A DNA stretch of 62,998 nucleotides from Bacilli bacterium (GTDB taxonomy: Bacteria; Bacillota_I; Bacilli_A; RFN20; CAG-826). Shown one piece after another: positions 1 to 7,972 of the stretch. Under the pieces are notes generated by a model. The model saw only the letters and a program-made list of their open reading frames with translations, was not told where the DNA came from and made no database searches. The stretch's first letter is position 1. The number at the start of each line of letters is the position of its first letter. The translations under genes were made by a program, and so were the position numbers. The DNA lies in the NCBI GenBank assembly GCA_017534425.1, contig JAFXWB010000002.1, positions 1 through 62,998 of the forward strand, given 5' to 3'.

Positions 1-184
1 TCGACAAATGACTATTTGCAAGACTAAATAACATGCCCTTGGATCTTTTCGGAGTGCCCATGAAAGCTCACAGTTCCTTCGGGACGTATGAGAAAGGAAC
101 CATTTAAGTGTTGACAAATGTTTAGATTATATTTTAAATAATATATGAAGAACAATCATTTTTCCATTACCTCCCTCAGAAGTC

Positions 185-222
185 AAAACACACGACTTGC
201 CACCCAAGTTGTGTGTTTTTTG
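185..222 (+). terminator. Rho-independent terminator hairpin
   Basis: Stem AAAACACACGACTT / AAGTTGTGTGTTTT (one G-U) around the 7-nt loop GCCACCC, running into a T-run. Confidence 0.7.
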
Positions 223-277
223 TTGTTAAATAAAGAATACTGTATAAAAATTATCGGTTCTATGATATACTTGAATT

Positions 278-514
278 ATGAAGAAACCAATTACTAAAAA
301 AAAGACACTTGATTTATTTGTTAAAGGTGTTTTTATATATTTCATTCTTTTTGTATGCGTTGGTTGGATAACGTATTGGATAAAAGGGGATGTACCGGAA
401 TCACTTATTCAATTTGGTTTAGGTGGTGGTACTATTGAATTAGCATGTATGGCGGCTATTGAAATTTTAACAAATAAGAAAGTGGAGAAGAAAGACGATG
501 AAATGGTTGATTGA
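278..514 (+). CDS. Small membrane protein, possible holin
   Basis: 78 aa with a Lys-rich N-terminus, a TM segment GVFIYFILFVCVGWITYWI and a charged C-terminus. It sits directly upstream of the holin-like and endolysin genes. No clear SD. Confidence 0.4.
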   Translation: MKKPITKKKTLDLFVKGVFIYFILFVCVGWITYWIKGDVPESLIQFGLGGGTIELACMAAIEILTNKKVEKKDDEMVD

Positions 515-863
515 AAATTGGTCTTTATTAGTAGTTATTTTCGCTTGTGTATGTGTAGGTTTTGTTTATGTTAAAAAGTTTTTAGATAAACCAACTGACG
601 AACAAATGACGAAAATTAAAGAGTGGTTATTATATGCAGTAATGGAAGCAGAAGCACAATTCGGTAGTGGTACAGGTAAACTTAAATTACATTATGTATA
701 TGATATGTTTATCACAAGGTTCCCGAGTTTTATAGATATAATTAGTTTTGAAATGTTTAGTAAGTTAGTAGATGACGCATTAGATGAAATGAGAAACCTT
801 TTTAAATTTAATTTGGGTATTAAAGCATGTATAGTTCCTGATGAAGATATGGAGGATGAATAA
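498..863 (+). CDS. Holin-like protein (LL-H-type architecture)
   Basis: N-terminal TM LLVVIFACVCVGFVYV followed by a helical domain (EWLLYAVMEAEAQFGSGTGKLKL) resembling LL-H family holins. TAATG overlap with the endolysin start. Confidence 0.5.
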   Translation: MKWLIENWSLLVVIFACVCVGFVYVKKFLDKPTDEQMTKIKEWLLYAVMEAEAQFGSGTGKLKLHYVYDMFITRFPSFIDIISFEMFSKLVDDALDEMRNLFKFNLGIKACIVPDEDMEDE

Positions 864-1489
864 TGGCTAGTGCAGCTCAAGCAAAAGATTTCATCAAAAG
901 AATTGCACCAATTATTCAAAAAGAAGCAAAAGCACGTGGTTACAAAGTATGTTCACCAATTATAGCACAAGCATGTATTGAAAGTGCGTTTGATGGCTCA
1001 GTGCTTGCTTATAAGTATCATAACTACTTTGGTATGAAATGCGGTAGCTCATGGAAAGGTCGTAGTGTTAATTTACGTACTAAAGAAGAATATACAGTAG
1101 GTCAATTAACTACTATTCGTGATAATTTCAGAGCATATCAAACAATGGAAGATGGTGTTAAAGGATATTTTGAATTTATCAATACAAAGAGGTATGCAAA
1201 TTTAAAAACTGCCGAAACACCACAAGAATATTTAAAACGAATTAAAGCTGATGGTTATGCCACTTCTTCAACATATGTTAATACTAATATGAATTGTATT
1301 AGTAAATATAATCTTACTGAATGGGATTGGCAAACACCTAATATGGATAAATCAATTGATGAAATAGCAATAGAAGTAATTGACGGTAAATGGGGTGTAG
1401 GTGCAACACGTAAACAGTTACTTAGGGCAGCTGGTTATAATCCATCAATGGTACAGGCAAGAGTAAATGAAATCCTTAAAAATAAATAA
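863..1489 (+). CDS. Endolysin: GH73 N-acetylglucosaminidase domain plus C-terminal CW_7 (Cpl-7 type) repeat
   Basis: AQACIESAFDGS...YHNYFGMK...YATSSTYV is typical of mannosyl-glycoprotein endo-beta-N-acetylglucosaminidases. The C-terminal IDEIAIEVIDGKWGVGATRKQLLRAAGYNPSMVQARVNEIL matches the CW_7 repeat pattern. Confidence 0.8.
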   Translation: MASAAQAKDFIKRIAPIIQKEAKARGYKVCSPIIAQACIESAFDGSVLAYKYHNYFGMKCGSSWKGRSVNLRTKEEYTVGQLTTIRDNFRAYQTMEDGVKGYFEFINTKRYANLKTAETPQEYLKRIKADGYATSSTYVNTNMNCISKYNLTEWDWQTPNMDKSIDEIAIEVIDGKWGVGATRKQLLRAAGYNPSMVQARVNEILKNK

Positions 1490-1490
1490 G

Positions 1491-1518
1491 TTGACATTTA
1501 TTTTTATTGTGATATAAT
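1491..1518 (+). promoter_or_regulatory. Sigma-A type promoter
   Basis: TTGACA (1491-1496), 16-nt spacer, TATAAT (1513-1518) preceded by TGa (extended -10). Confidence 0.55.
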
Positions 1519-1555
1519 AAATAAAAAGTCAACATTATTTTTAAGGAGGTAATTT

Positions 1556-1837
1556 ATGGATAAACCAAATGTTCCCGATGTACCGTATATTGTACATGAA
1601 GAAGCCATGGTTAAACTAGAACGTACTATTAGACGCCTTTGGATACTTTGTATTATAATGTTTTTGGCTTTTGTAATTTCAAATGGTATTTGGGTATATT
1701 ATGAAAGTCAATGGCAATATGTTGAAACTACAAATATGAATGAAATCACACAGGATGTACAATCTGATGGTGATGCTACGATAGGAGATATAAATATCAA
1801 TGGCAGCGAGAGCAAGTCGGACAGTGAAAACAAGTAG
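1556..1837 (+). CDS. Membrane protein, unknown function
   Basis: 93 aa, SD AAGGAGG upstream, central TM LWILCIIMFLAFVISNGIWVYY, acidic Ser-rich tail. Confidence 0.6.
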   Translation: MDKPNVPDVPYIVHEEAMVKLERTIRRLWILCIIMFLAFVISNGIWVYYESQWQYVETTNMNEITQDVQSDGDATIGDININGSESKSDSENK

Positions 1838-1952
1838 TGTTACTAAAACAAGGGTTCCTAAAAGCGGTAACTACTCAAATACGGGATATAAACAATGTAA
1901 TATTTGCCACGGTACAGGAATTGTACGTAAATCATCTTCGAGGAAAGCATGA
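1800..1952 (+). CDS. Possible 50-aa basic ORF with a CxxCxGxG motif (below the ORF-track cutoff)
   Basis: ATG at 1800 in an alternative frame: MAARASRTVKTSSVTKTRVPKSGNYSNTGYKQCNICHGTGIVRKSSSRKA. Its stop overlaps the ATG at 1949 (ATGA). AGGAGA lies 11 nt upstream. Confidence 0.2.
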   Translation: MAARASRTVKTSSVTKTRVPKSGNYSNTGYKQCNICHGTGIVRKSSSRKA

Positions 1953-2152
1953 AAGATATAAACTTATCACGAACAGAAATAACACATCTTACTGATGAAT
2001 ATGTATTTAAAGAACGTGATAGAGCAATATTAAAAAGGCGATTATTAGATGGTATTTGTTATGAACCATTAGCAGAAGAATTTGATTTATCAGTAAGACA
2101 AGTAAAGAATATTGTATATAAAAATGAGAAACGAATGTTTCATTCATTATAA
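1949..2152 (+). CDS. Small sigma-70 region-4-like HTH protein
   Basis: 67 aa. ERDRAILKRRLLDGICYEPLAEEFDLSVRQVKNIVYKNEKRM resembles a region 4 / LuxR-type HTH. Confidence 0.5.
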   Translation: MKDINLSRTEITHLTDEYVFKERDRAILKRRLLDGICYEPLAEEFDLSVRQVKNIVYKNEKRMFHSL

Positions 2153-2162
2153 TTCTCCTTCA

Positions 2163-2201
2163 AAAAGTAGCTAACACATAAATGTTAGCTACTTTTGTTT
2201 T
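2163..2201 (+). terminator. Rho-independent terminator
   Basis: 11-14 bp stem AAAAGTAGCTAACA / TGTTAGCTACTTTT, 6-nt loop, T-run. Confidence 0.8.
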
Positions 2202-2277
2202 GTACAAAAATTGCACTTCTATTTCATTTTACTTTTCTTCATAACTTTTAAAATTAAATTATGAAGGAGGTAATTAT

Positions 2278-2673
2278 ATGAATCCTTATTTACCAAACAA
2301 TAATTCTTTATATCAAAATCCATATTTATCTTCCCCATATCAAAATAAATTAGATATTGTTCATGTTAATGGAGAAAATGGTGCTAAGGCATATCAAATG
2401 CCAGCTAATAGTAATACGTTACTTTTAGACGATACGGCTCCTATTGTTTGGTTAGCACAAACTGATGGTGCTGGCTATAAAACAGTTACACCTTATTCAA
2501 TAACACCTTATAAACCAGAACCGCCAGTTGATATAAAAGAACTAGAAAATCGTATTACAAAATTGGAGGATTTATTAAATGATAAATCAAAACAATCCGA
2601 TGTTATCAAAGCTGAACCACACACCGATACCTGGAAATCTTCAGAATATAAAACAGATGATAAGTATTTTTAA
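2278..2673 (+). CDS. Pro/Tyr/Asn-rich protein, unknown function
   Basis: 131 aa, SD GAAGGAGG. N-terminal NPYL / PYQN repeats, with a coiled-coil segment IKELENRITKLEDLL. Confidence 0.6.
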   Translation: MNPYLPNNNSLYQNPYLSSPYQNKLDIVHVNGENGAKAYQMPANSNTLLLDDTAPIVWLAQTDGAGYKTVTPYSITPYKPEPPVDIKELENRITKLEDLLNDKSKQSDVIKAEPHTDTWKSSEYKTDDKYF

Positions 2674-2845
2674 AAATGCAAATAATCCACAAGCTATGTT
2701 AAATAATATGCTTCAACAAAACCCTAATTATAATCAGATAATAAACTATGTAAAACAAAGTGGTGGCGACCCTAAAACTGCATTTTATAAAATGGCACAA
2801 GAAAAAGGAGTTAATCCTGATGAAATAATCAATATGTTGAAATAA
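2579..2845 (+). CDS. Asn/Gln-rich small protein, unknown function
   Basis: 88 aa. A strong SD GGAGGA lies 8 nt upstream of ATG 2579, although that start is 95 nt inside the preceding ORF. Confidence 0.55.
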   Translation: MINQNNPMLSKLNHTPIPGNLQNIKQMISIFKNANNPQAMLNNMLQQNPNYNQIINYVKQSGGDPKTAFYKMAQEKGVNPDEIINMLK

Positions 2846-2908
2846 GTACCGATTATTCGCTGCAGAGAATAACCGCTAACTTATAAAAATTATAAGGAGG
2901 AATTAAAT

Positions 2909-3598
2909 ATGGATAATGGTTTATCGGCTGCTGATGTTGCTCTTCTCAATCGTGATAATGATTTTGGATTTGGCGGTGGTGGTGCATTTATGTGGATTTT
3001 TGCACTACTTATTTTAGCCGGCGGTGGTTTCGGTGGTTTTGGTAACAACGGTTTTGCTAATGCTATCGGCTATGAAAACCTTGCTACAAGTAATGAAGTT
3101 CAGCGTGGATTTGATAATCAAAACAGTATGGCAAATCAACGTGAAATCCTTTCAGCAGTAAATGCAGGAACCGCACAGGCAGTAGCAGCAACTAATCAGA
3201 CATTCCATGATACACTTGGAATCATTCAGAATCGTTATGATGAACTTGCGAGAGATATTAGTGGTATTGCAGTTGCTCAAGCACAAACTGTTGCAAATCA
3301 AAATCAGTGCTGCTGCGATACTAAAATGCTTATTCAGCAAACTTCTGCTGATACTAACGCAAATATCGCACAGAGTAGGTATGATGCTGCAATGAATACT
3401 GCTAGTATCAATGCAACAACAACCGCTCAAACTCAGAGAATACTTGATGCTTTGGCACAAGATAAAATTGAAACATTGCAGAATCAAGTAAATCAGCTTC
3501 AACTTGCACAAGCAGTTGCTGGTGTAGTTAGATACCCAATGCAGTCTACATATTGTAGCGGAGCAAATCCATTTTGCGGTTGTGGCTGCGGTGCATAA
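2909..3598 (+). CDS. Gly-rich membrane-anchored protein with Cys clusters
   Basis: 229 aa, SD AAGGAGG. GFGGGGAFMWIFALLILAGGGFGGFG TM/Gly segment, long Ala/Gln/Asn-rich helical region, internal CCC, C-terminal CSGANPFCGCGCGA. Codon usage resembles the capsid and tail genes. Confidence 0.65.
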   Translation: MDNGLSAADVALLNRDNDFGFGGGGAFMWIFALLILAGGGFGGFGNNGFANAIGYENLATSNEVQRGFDNQNSMANQREILSAVNAGTAQAVAATNQTFHDTLGIIQNRYDELARDISGIAVAQAQTVANQNQCCCDTKMLIQQTSADTNANIAQSRYDAAMNTASINATTTAQTQRILDALAQDKIETLQNQVNQLQLAQAVAGVVRYPMQSTYCSGANPFCGCGCGA

Positions 3599-3634
3599 CT
3601 TGTTCTTAAATAGAGCGTATTAGTACGCCAAGTA

Positions 3635-3668
3635 AAAAGAGGTGTACGATAAATGGTACACCTCTTTT
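3635..3668 (+). terminator. Rho-independent terminator
   Basis: Stem AAAAGAGGTGTAC / GTACACCTCTTTT, 8-nt loop. Confidence 0.85.
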
Positions 3669-3744
3669 AAATTACAGAAATAATTACAGAAATTGATGAT
3701 TTAATCATGAAATTTGCAAATTTTTTGCAAAAAAGGAGGTTTAA

Positions 3745-4122
3745 ATGTTAGAAGCGTATAGTTTAAATGTTGAAGTTGCTGCTAATGCAGCTGTTCCTTT
3801 TAATAATGTTTCACTTGAAAAAGGGTGTACTGTAAAACTACAATCACCTGGCACTATTGCTCTTAATAAATGTGGTGTTTATATGGTTAGTTGTGATGCT
3901 AGTGCAGCTGCAACATCATCAATTCAACTTCATAAAGACGGTGTTGCGCAACCTCAAGCACAAGCAACAGGTGATACACCGTCATTTATTACTCTTGTTC
4001 AAGTAGACCATAATAATTGTGGTTGTTGTTGCTCTAGTCCTACAACACTTCAAGTATTAAATGTAGGAGATGCGGTGGCAACATTTACAAATATAAATGT
4101 AGCTGTAACAAAAGTATGCTAA
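3745..4122 (+). CDS. BclA C-terminal-domain-like (C1q/TNF-like jelly-roll) protein
   Basis: 125 aa, SD AAAGGAGG. The pattern AYSLN..VAANAAVPFNNV...GTIALNKCGVYMVSCDAS...IQLHKDGV...LQVLNVG...NINVAVTKV resembles exosporium BclA-type C-terminal domains. Contains CGCCC. Confidence 0.45.
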   Translation: MLEAYSLNVEVAANAAVPFNNVSLEKGCTVKLQSPGTIALNKCGVYMVSCDASAAATSSIQLHKDGVAQPQAQATGDTPSFITLVQVDHNNCGCCCSSPTTLQVLNVGDAVATFTNINVAVTKVC

Positions 4123-4373
4123 AAGAAAATGAACAACTTGGACTTCTTGATATTATTAGCATTATGAGTTTTATTATAGCGTTAATGAATTTAGATGAAA
4201 ACTTAACGCAAAATGATAAACAAGAACTTATAGAAGAATTGAGTAATAAAACTAATTTAATGCTAACTGAAATTCATACACATCTTGAAGTCCAAGATAA
4301 TAAACTTGATAAAATAATGGAGGCACTTAACAATGCTGGAATACTTCAAAAAACTGATGTGGGAAGAACTTGA
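4116..4373 (+). CDS. Hypothetical protein
   Basis: 85-aa ORF whose start overlaps the preceding stop. Hydrophobic N-terminal stretch followed by a helical region. Confidence 0.5.
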   Translation: MLKENEQLGLLDIISIMSFIIALMNLDENLTQNDKQELIEELSNKTNLMLTEIHTHLEVQDNKLDKIMEALNNAGILQKTDVGRT

Positions 4374-4635
4374 TGGTGCAAAAGAGTATATAAAACTTGC
4401 TCTTGAATTTAAAGCCACTTATCCAGAATGGGGAAAAATGTTTGTGGATATGAGTACAGCTGAATTAAATCATGCAACTAATATTTATAAAATGGCTGAA
4501 ATGTCATATACAGAAACAAAAGGTGCATATAAAGAAGTACCGGAATGGATTGATGAAATGTGGAAATGTATTGTAGACAAGTATGCACATTGTTCAGCAA
4601 AAATAAAATATATGCACGAGATGTATAACAAATGA
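4333..4635 (+). CDS. Hypothetical protein
   Basis: 100-aa ORF with SD GGAGG upstream. Confidence 0.55.
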   Translation: MLEYFKKLMWEELDGAKEYIKLALEFKATYPEWGKMFVDMSTAELNHATNIYKMAEMSYTETKGAYKEVPEWIDEMWKCIVDKYAHCSAKIKYMHEMYNK

Positions 4636-4958
4636 ATATAGATGAATATGCACTTCAATTAGCTGACAATTCATTAAGCCGAAACTTTGACCCTGAAGCA
4701 TATTTAGTAAAATATGTTGCTGAATTACGACTAAAACAACAATGCAATGACGATTTAGTCGAAGGAAGTACTATTGATGATAATATTCAATTGATGCTTC
4801 AAATTTTCGTTACATATTATAATGATAATACCGATGAAAATTTAAAACGTTTTCTTGCGGTATTAAAACAAATAATATGTGAATTATATTACACATGTAA
4901 TATACAATCTCAAAAAGAAGAAATACAAAAATTTTTATCAGAAATTACAAATATCTAA
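4632..4958 (+). CDS. Hypothetical protein
   Basis: 108-aa ORF with ATGA overlap to the preceding gene. Confidence 0.55.
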   Translation: MNIDEYALQLADNSLSRNFDPEAYLVKYVAELRLKQQCNDDLVEGSTIDDNIQLMLQIFVTYYNDNTDENLKRFLAVLKQIICELYYTCNIQSQKEEIQKFLSEITNI

Positions 4959-4963
4959 CTAAG

Positions 4964-4995
4964 AAACACGCAACTAAGGACTGTTGCGTGTTTTT
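4964..4995 (+). terminator. Rho-independent terminator
   Basis: Stem AAACACGCAAC / GTTGCGTGTTT, 8-nt loop, T-run. Confidence 0.85.
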
Positions 4996-5000
4996 ATTGT

Positions 5001-5029
5001 TTGACAATATATGTATAAAATGGTATTAT
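5001..5029 (+). promoter_or_regulatory. Consensus sigma-A promoter of the replication module
   Basis: TTGACA (5001-5006), 17-nt spacer, TATTAT (5024-5029) preceded by TGg. Confidence 0.7.
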
Positions 5030-5064
5030 AAATATAGCGAAACAATAAAAATGAAGGAGGTAAA

Positions 5065-6768
5065 ATGGTAACTATTGATATACAAAAACCTAAAAGCATA
5101 AACAATCAATATAGCGGTTTTGTTTCATTTACATATAATCCCAAAATAGTTGAAATCATGCGTAGTCTTCCGGTTAAACATTATTATGTTGAAAGTAAAC
5201 AATGGGAAATACCATTAAATAAAATTGAATGGGTATCACAAAGATTAAAAGACATAGGATTTGATACTACTATTACAGGTAATGTAGAAGCATTATTAAA
5301 AACTGTTGAAGATGAAAGTGTACCTGAAACGTTTAAGTTTAAAACAAAACCTTTTAAACATCAAGAAGAATCATTTAAGTATGGATTAAAACATAATTGT
5401 TGGTTTTTAGGCGATGAACAAGGAATTGGTAAAAGCAAGCAAAGTATTGATATTGCGGTAGCACGTAAACTAAAATATGGGTATAAACATTGTTTAATCG
5501 TCTGTGGTGTTAATACGTTAAAGTGGAATTGGGTTAATGAAATTGCAACTCATTCAGATGAAGGTTCATATATTTTAGGACAAAAACAATTAAAAAACGG
5601 CTCAATAAAAATAGGTTCAACGAATGACAAATTAAATGATTTACTTAAATTGTCAAACAATAAAGTAGAATTACCATATTTTATAATAACAAATGTTGAA
5701 AGTTTCAGAACTGAACCTATAGCAAAAACAATTCAAAAATTATGTAATGAAGGCATAATAAATATGTGTATTGCTGATGAATTACATAAAATGAAAAACC
5801 CTACAAGTCAACAAACAAAGGGATTTTTAAAATGTAATTGTGAGTGCAAAATAGCAATGACAGGTACACCACTAATGAATAACCCACTTGATTTGTATGT
5901 CTTATTAAGTTGGTTAGGGTATGAAGAACATTCATTTTATGCATTTAGAAATCATTATTGTGTATTAGGTGGATTTGGTGGTTATGAAATAATTGGTTAT
6001 AAAAACATGGAACAACTTACCAATGCAGTTCAAGACATAATGTTAAGGCGACTTAAAAAAGATGTATTTGATTTGCCTGAAAAAATATATGTTGATGAAT
6101 ATGTAGACATGACACCTAAACAAGCGATAATTTATAAAGAAGTTGAAACTGAAATTAAGTCTAACATTGATATGATTAAATTTGATAACAATCCTTTGTC
6201 TACTTTAATTCGTTTACGACAAGCAACAGGGTACACAGGAATATTATCAAGTGTAGTTAAAGAGTCGGCAAAGTTAGACCGAATGGAGGATATTATTGAA
6301 GAAGCAATATCAAACAATCAAAAAGTTCTTGTATTCAGTAATTGGACACAAATGACAGATGAAATATTTAATCGACTGTTTCCACATGAATACGGAATAC
6401 AACAAATTACAGGTGATACTCCTGACAATGTACGACAAAATATTGTAGATGCGTTTCAGAATACCGATATGACAAGGGTGTTAATAGGTACAATCGGTGC
6501 AATGGGAACAGGACTTACATTAACAGCAGCAACGGTTGTTATATTTGTTGATGAACCGTGGAATAAAGCATTATTCGACCAAGCCGTTGATAGGTGTCAT
6601 AGAATTGGTACTACATCAAATATCACGATTTATAGCTTGATGTGTAAAAATACTATTGATGAAAAAATACATAAACTAATATACAAAAAAGGTAAATTGA
6701 GTGACGCTATCATCGATGGACATATTATTGGTAATAAAGATGCAGTATTAAATTATCTTTTAAATTAA
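5065..6768 (+). CDS. SNF2-family helicase/ATPase
   Basis: 567 aa. Motif I LGDEQGIGKS, motif II ADELHKMKN, helicase-C region GTGLTLTAATVVIFVDEPWNKALFDQAVDRCHRIGT. Confidence 0.85.
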   Translation: MVTIDIQKPKSINNQYSGFVSFTYNPKIVEIMRSLPVKHYYVESKQWEIPLNKIEWVSQRLKDIGFDTTITGNVEALLKTVEDESVPETFKFKTKPFKHQEESFKYGLKHNCWFLGDEQGIGKSKQSIDIAVARKLKYGYKHCLIVCGVNTLKWNWVNEIATHSDEGSYILGQKQLKNGSIKIGSTNDKLNDLLKLSNNKVELPYFIITNVESFRTEPIAKTIQKLCNEGIINMCIADELHKMKNPTSQQTKGFLKCNCECKIAMTGTPLMNNPLDLYVLLSWLGYEEHSFYAFRNHYCVLGGFGGYEIIGYKNMEQLTNAVQDIMLRRLKKDVFDLPEKIYVDEYVDMTPKQAIIYKEVETEIKSNIDMIKFDNNPLSTLIRLRQATGYTGILSSVVKESAKLDRMEDIIEEAISNNQKVLVFSNWTQMTDEIFNRLFPHEYGIQQITGDTPDNVRQNIVDAFQNTDMTRVLIGTIGAMGTGLTLTAATVVIFVDEPWNKALFDQAVDRCHRIGTTSNITIYSLMCKNTIDEKIHKLIYKKGKLSDAIIDGHIIGNKDAVLNYLLN

Positions 6769-6777
6769 GGAGGAGAT

Positions 6778-7095
6778 ATGAAAGAATACAAATTAAAGGA
6801 CATTTGTGAAGAATTGCACATATCAAATTGGACTTTGAGAAATTGGTATATGTGGGAAAAGAAAGCATTGTCTGATGGTATTATTACAGAAACTCAATTA
6901 CCACAACCGATTAGACCGGAGCACACAAAAGGAACACCACGTATTTGGACAGAAGATATGGTTGAACAATTGAAAGAATTTCAACGTAATATAGTTTCAG
7001 GTCGTAATGGTATTTTTGGTGTATACTCAAATCCCAATTACAAAAATACTAAAAAATATGCAAAATTACATGGAGGAAATGATGGAACTGAATGA
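6778..7095 (+). CDS. HTH DNA-binding protein (MerR/excisionase-like N-terminus)
   Basis: 105 aa, SD AAGGAGG. N-terminal YKLKDICEELHISNWTLRNWY. Confidence 0.45.
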   Translation: MKEYKLKDICEELHISNWTLRNWYMWEKKALSDGIITETQLPQPIRPEHTKGTPRIWTEDMVEQLKEFQRNIVSGRNGIFGVYSNPNYKNTKKYAKLHGGNDGTE

Positions 7096-7459
7096 ACTGA
7101 TTAACAAATACTATTTAGAAAAAAGTGAATATGACAAACTGAAAAAAGTAGTAGACAGTGATAATGCAGAAATAAAAAAGATAATGTTAGAAAATAAAAG
7201 TGAAAACACTGAAACAGATAAGTGTAAAGCGTCATGCAAAATCATTGATAAAAGCTACTTTAATGAAACTAAACTTATTACCATATTAAAAGAACTTGGT
7301 GTTGAAGGTTGTATTAAAACAAAAGAATATGTTGACATGGAAGAACTTGAAAATGCAATTTACAACAATGAAGTTGATAGAGAAAAACTTTCAGTAGCAC
7401 TTGTACCAAAACAGGAAGTACGATTGACAGTAAAACTACTCAAAGAGGCTTCGATTTAA
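7082..7459 (+). CDS. Hypothetical coiled-coil protein
   Basis: The track ORF starts at 7007. ATG 7082 lies 5 nt after GGAGG (7072-7076) and is the likelier start. Confidence 0.5.
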   Translation: MELNELINKYYLEKSEYDKLKKVVDSDNAEIKKIMLENKSENTETDKCKASCKIIDKSYFNETKLITILKELGVEGCIKTKEYVDMEELENAIYNNEVDREKLSVALVPKQEVRLTVKLLKEASI

Positions 7460-7546
7460 CAAACTTTTATTGTTAAAAGGAACAAGTTATCAAAACCGAA
7501 ATAAAAACAGCAGAAACACAAGCATATTAACGGAGAGTAATATATT

Positions 7547-7789
7547 ATGAGTGAATTTAAAACTAAATCAATAAAATTTTCATCAAGGTTAAGTTGTAAT
7601 GTAGGAAATAGTTACTATACATTTGAAAGTACTATTGAAAAACAGTGTCCTGAAACATTTACTGAACAAGAGTACTTAGACGCAAAACAACAGTTGTGGG
7701 ATGAGTGTAATAATGAAGTAGATACACAACTTGAAAAAACACTAGAGTTTATTCAACAGCAAAAACAAAACTCCAATAAACGATATTGA
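7547..7789 (+). CDS. Hypothetical protein
   Basis: 80-aa ORF with SD GGAGAG upstream. Confidence 0.55.
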   Translation: MSEFKTKSIKFSSRLSCNVGNSYYTFESTIEKQCPETFTEQEYLDAKQQLWDECNNEVDTQLEKTLEFIQQQKQNSNKRY

Positions 7790-7813
7790 CAGATATTTTT
7801 ATTATACTATAAT
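7786..7813 (+). promoter_or_regulatory. Sigma-A type promoter
   Basis: TTGACA (7786-7791), 16-nt spacer, TATAAT (7808-7813). Confidence 0.6.
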
Positions 7814-7819
7814 AGTATT

Positions 7820-7950
7820 TGTGATTGATTTTCCATCAAACAACAGTAGGTTATGAAATGGTGGTTCATAGCTGAACACAATTAAATAACCTACAATAAC
7901 AAAAACTCATATTCATTAGTGCCACCATCACTTCTGAATATGAGTTTTTT
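7820..7950 (+). ncRNA. Structured leader or small RNA (promoter to intrinsic terminator, about 130 nt)
   Basis: A 9-bp hairpin GTAGGTTAT/ATAACCTAC (7846-7894) is followed by the terminator at 7901-7950. AUGGUGG (7858-7864) is complementary to the terminator apical loop CCACCAU (7922-7928). Confidence 0.4.
7901..7950 (+). terminator. Intrinsic terminator between a promoter and the replication initiator gene
   Basis: Stem AAAAACTCATATTCA / TGAATATGAGTTTTT with an inner AGTG/CACT extension and a T-run. Confidence 0.75.
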
Positions 7951-7972
7951 ATTTTCAAAGTAGGAGAGGGGT

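Noticed and set aside
1-4. TCGA at both window ends as evidence of terminal repeats
   Set aside because: A four-nucleotide match is trivial. It could be an assembly or clipping artefact and is not evidence of direct terminal repeats.
7853-7885. A trp-type leader-peptide attenuator, based on the mini-ORF MKWWFIAEHN with tandem Trp codons
   Set aside because: The SD is weak, no antiterminator pairing competes with the terminator's 5' arm, and the downstream gene is a replication protein rather than a Trp pathway gene. It is kept only as a detail of the leader/sRNA finding.
7905-7919. A 15-nt exact identity, ACTCATATTCATTAG, between the terminator at 7905-7919 and 43130-43144
   Set aside because: The match is probably not chance, but it is too short to interpret and the flanks diverge immediately. 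It may be a trace of recombination between terminator modules.
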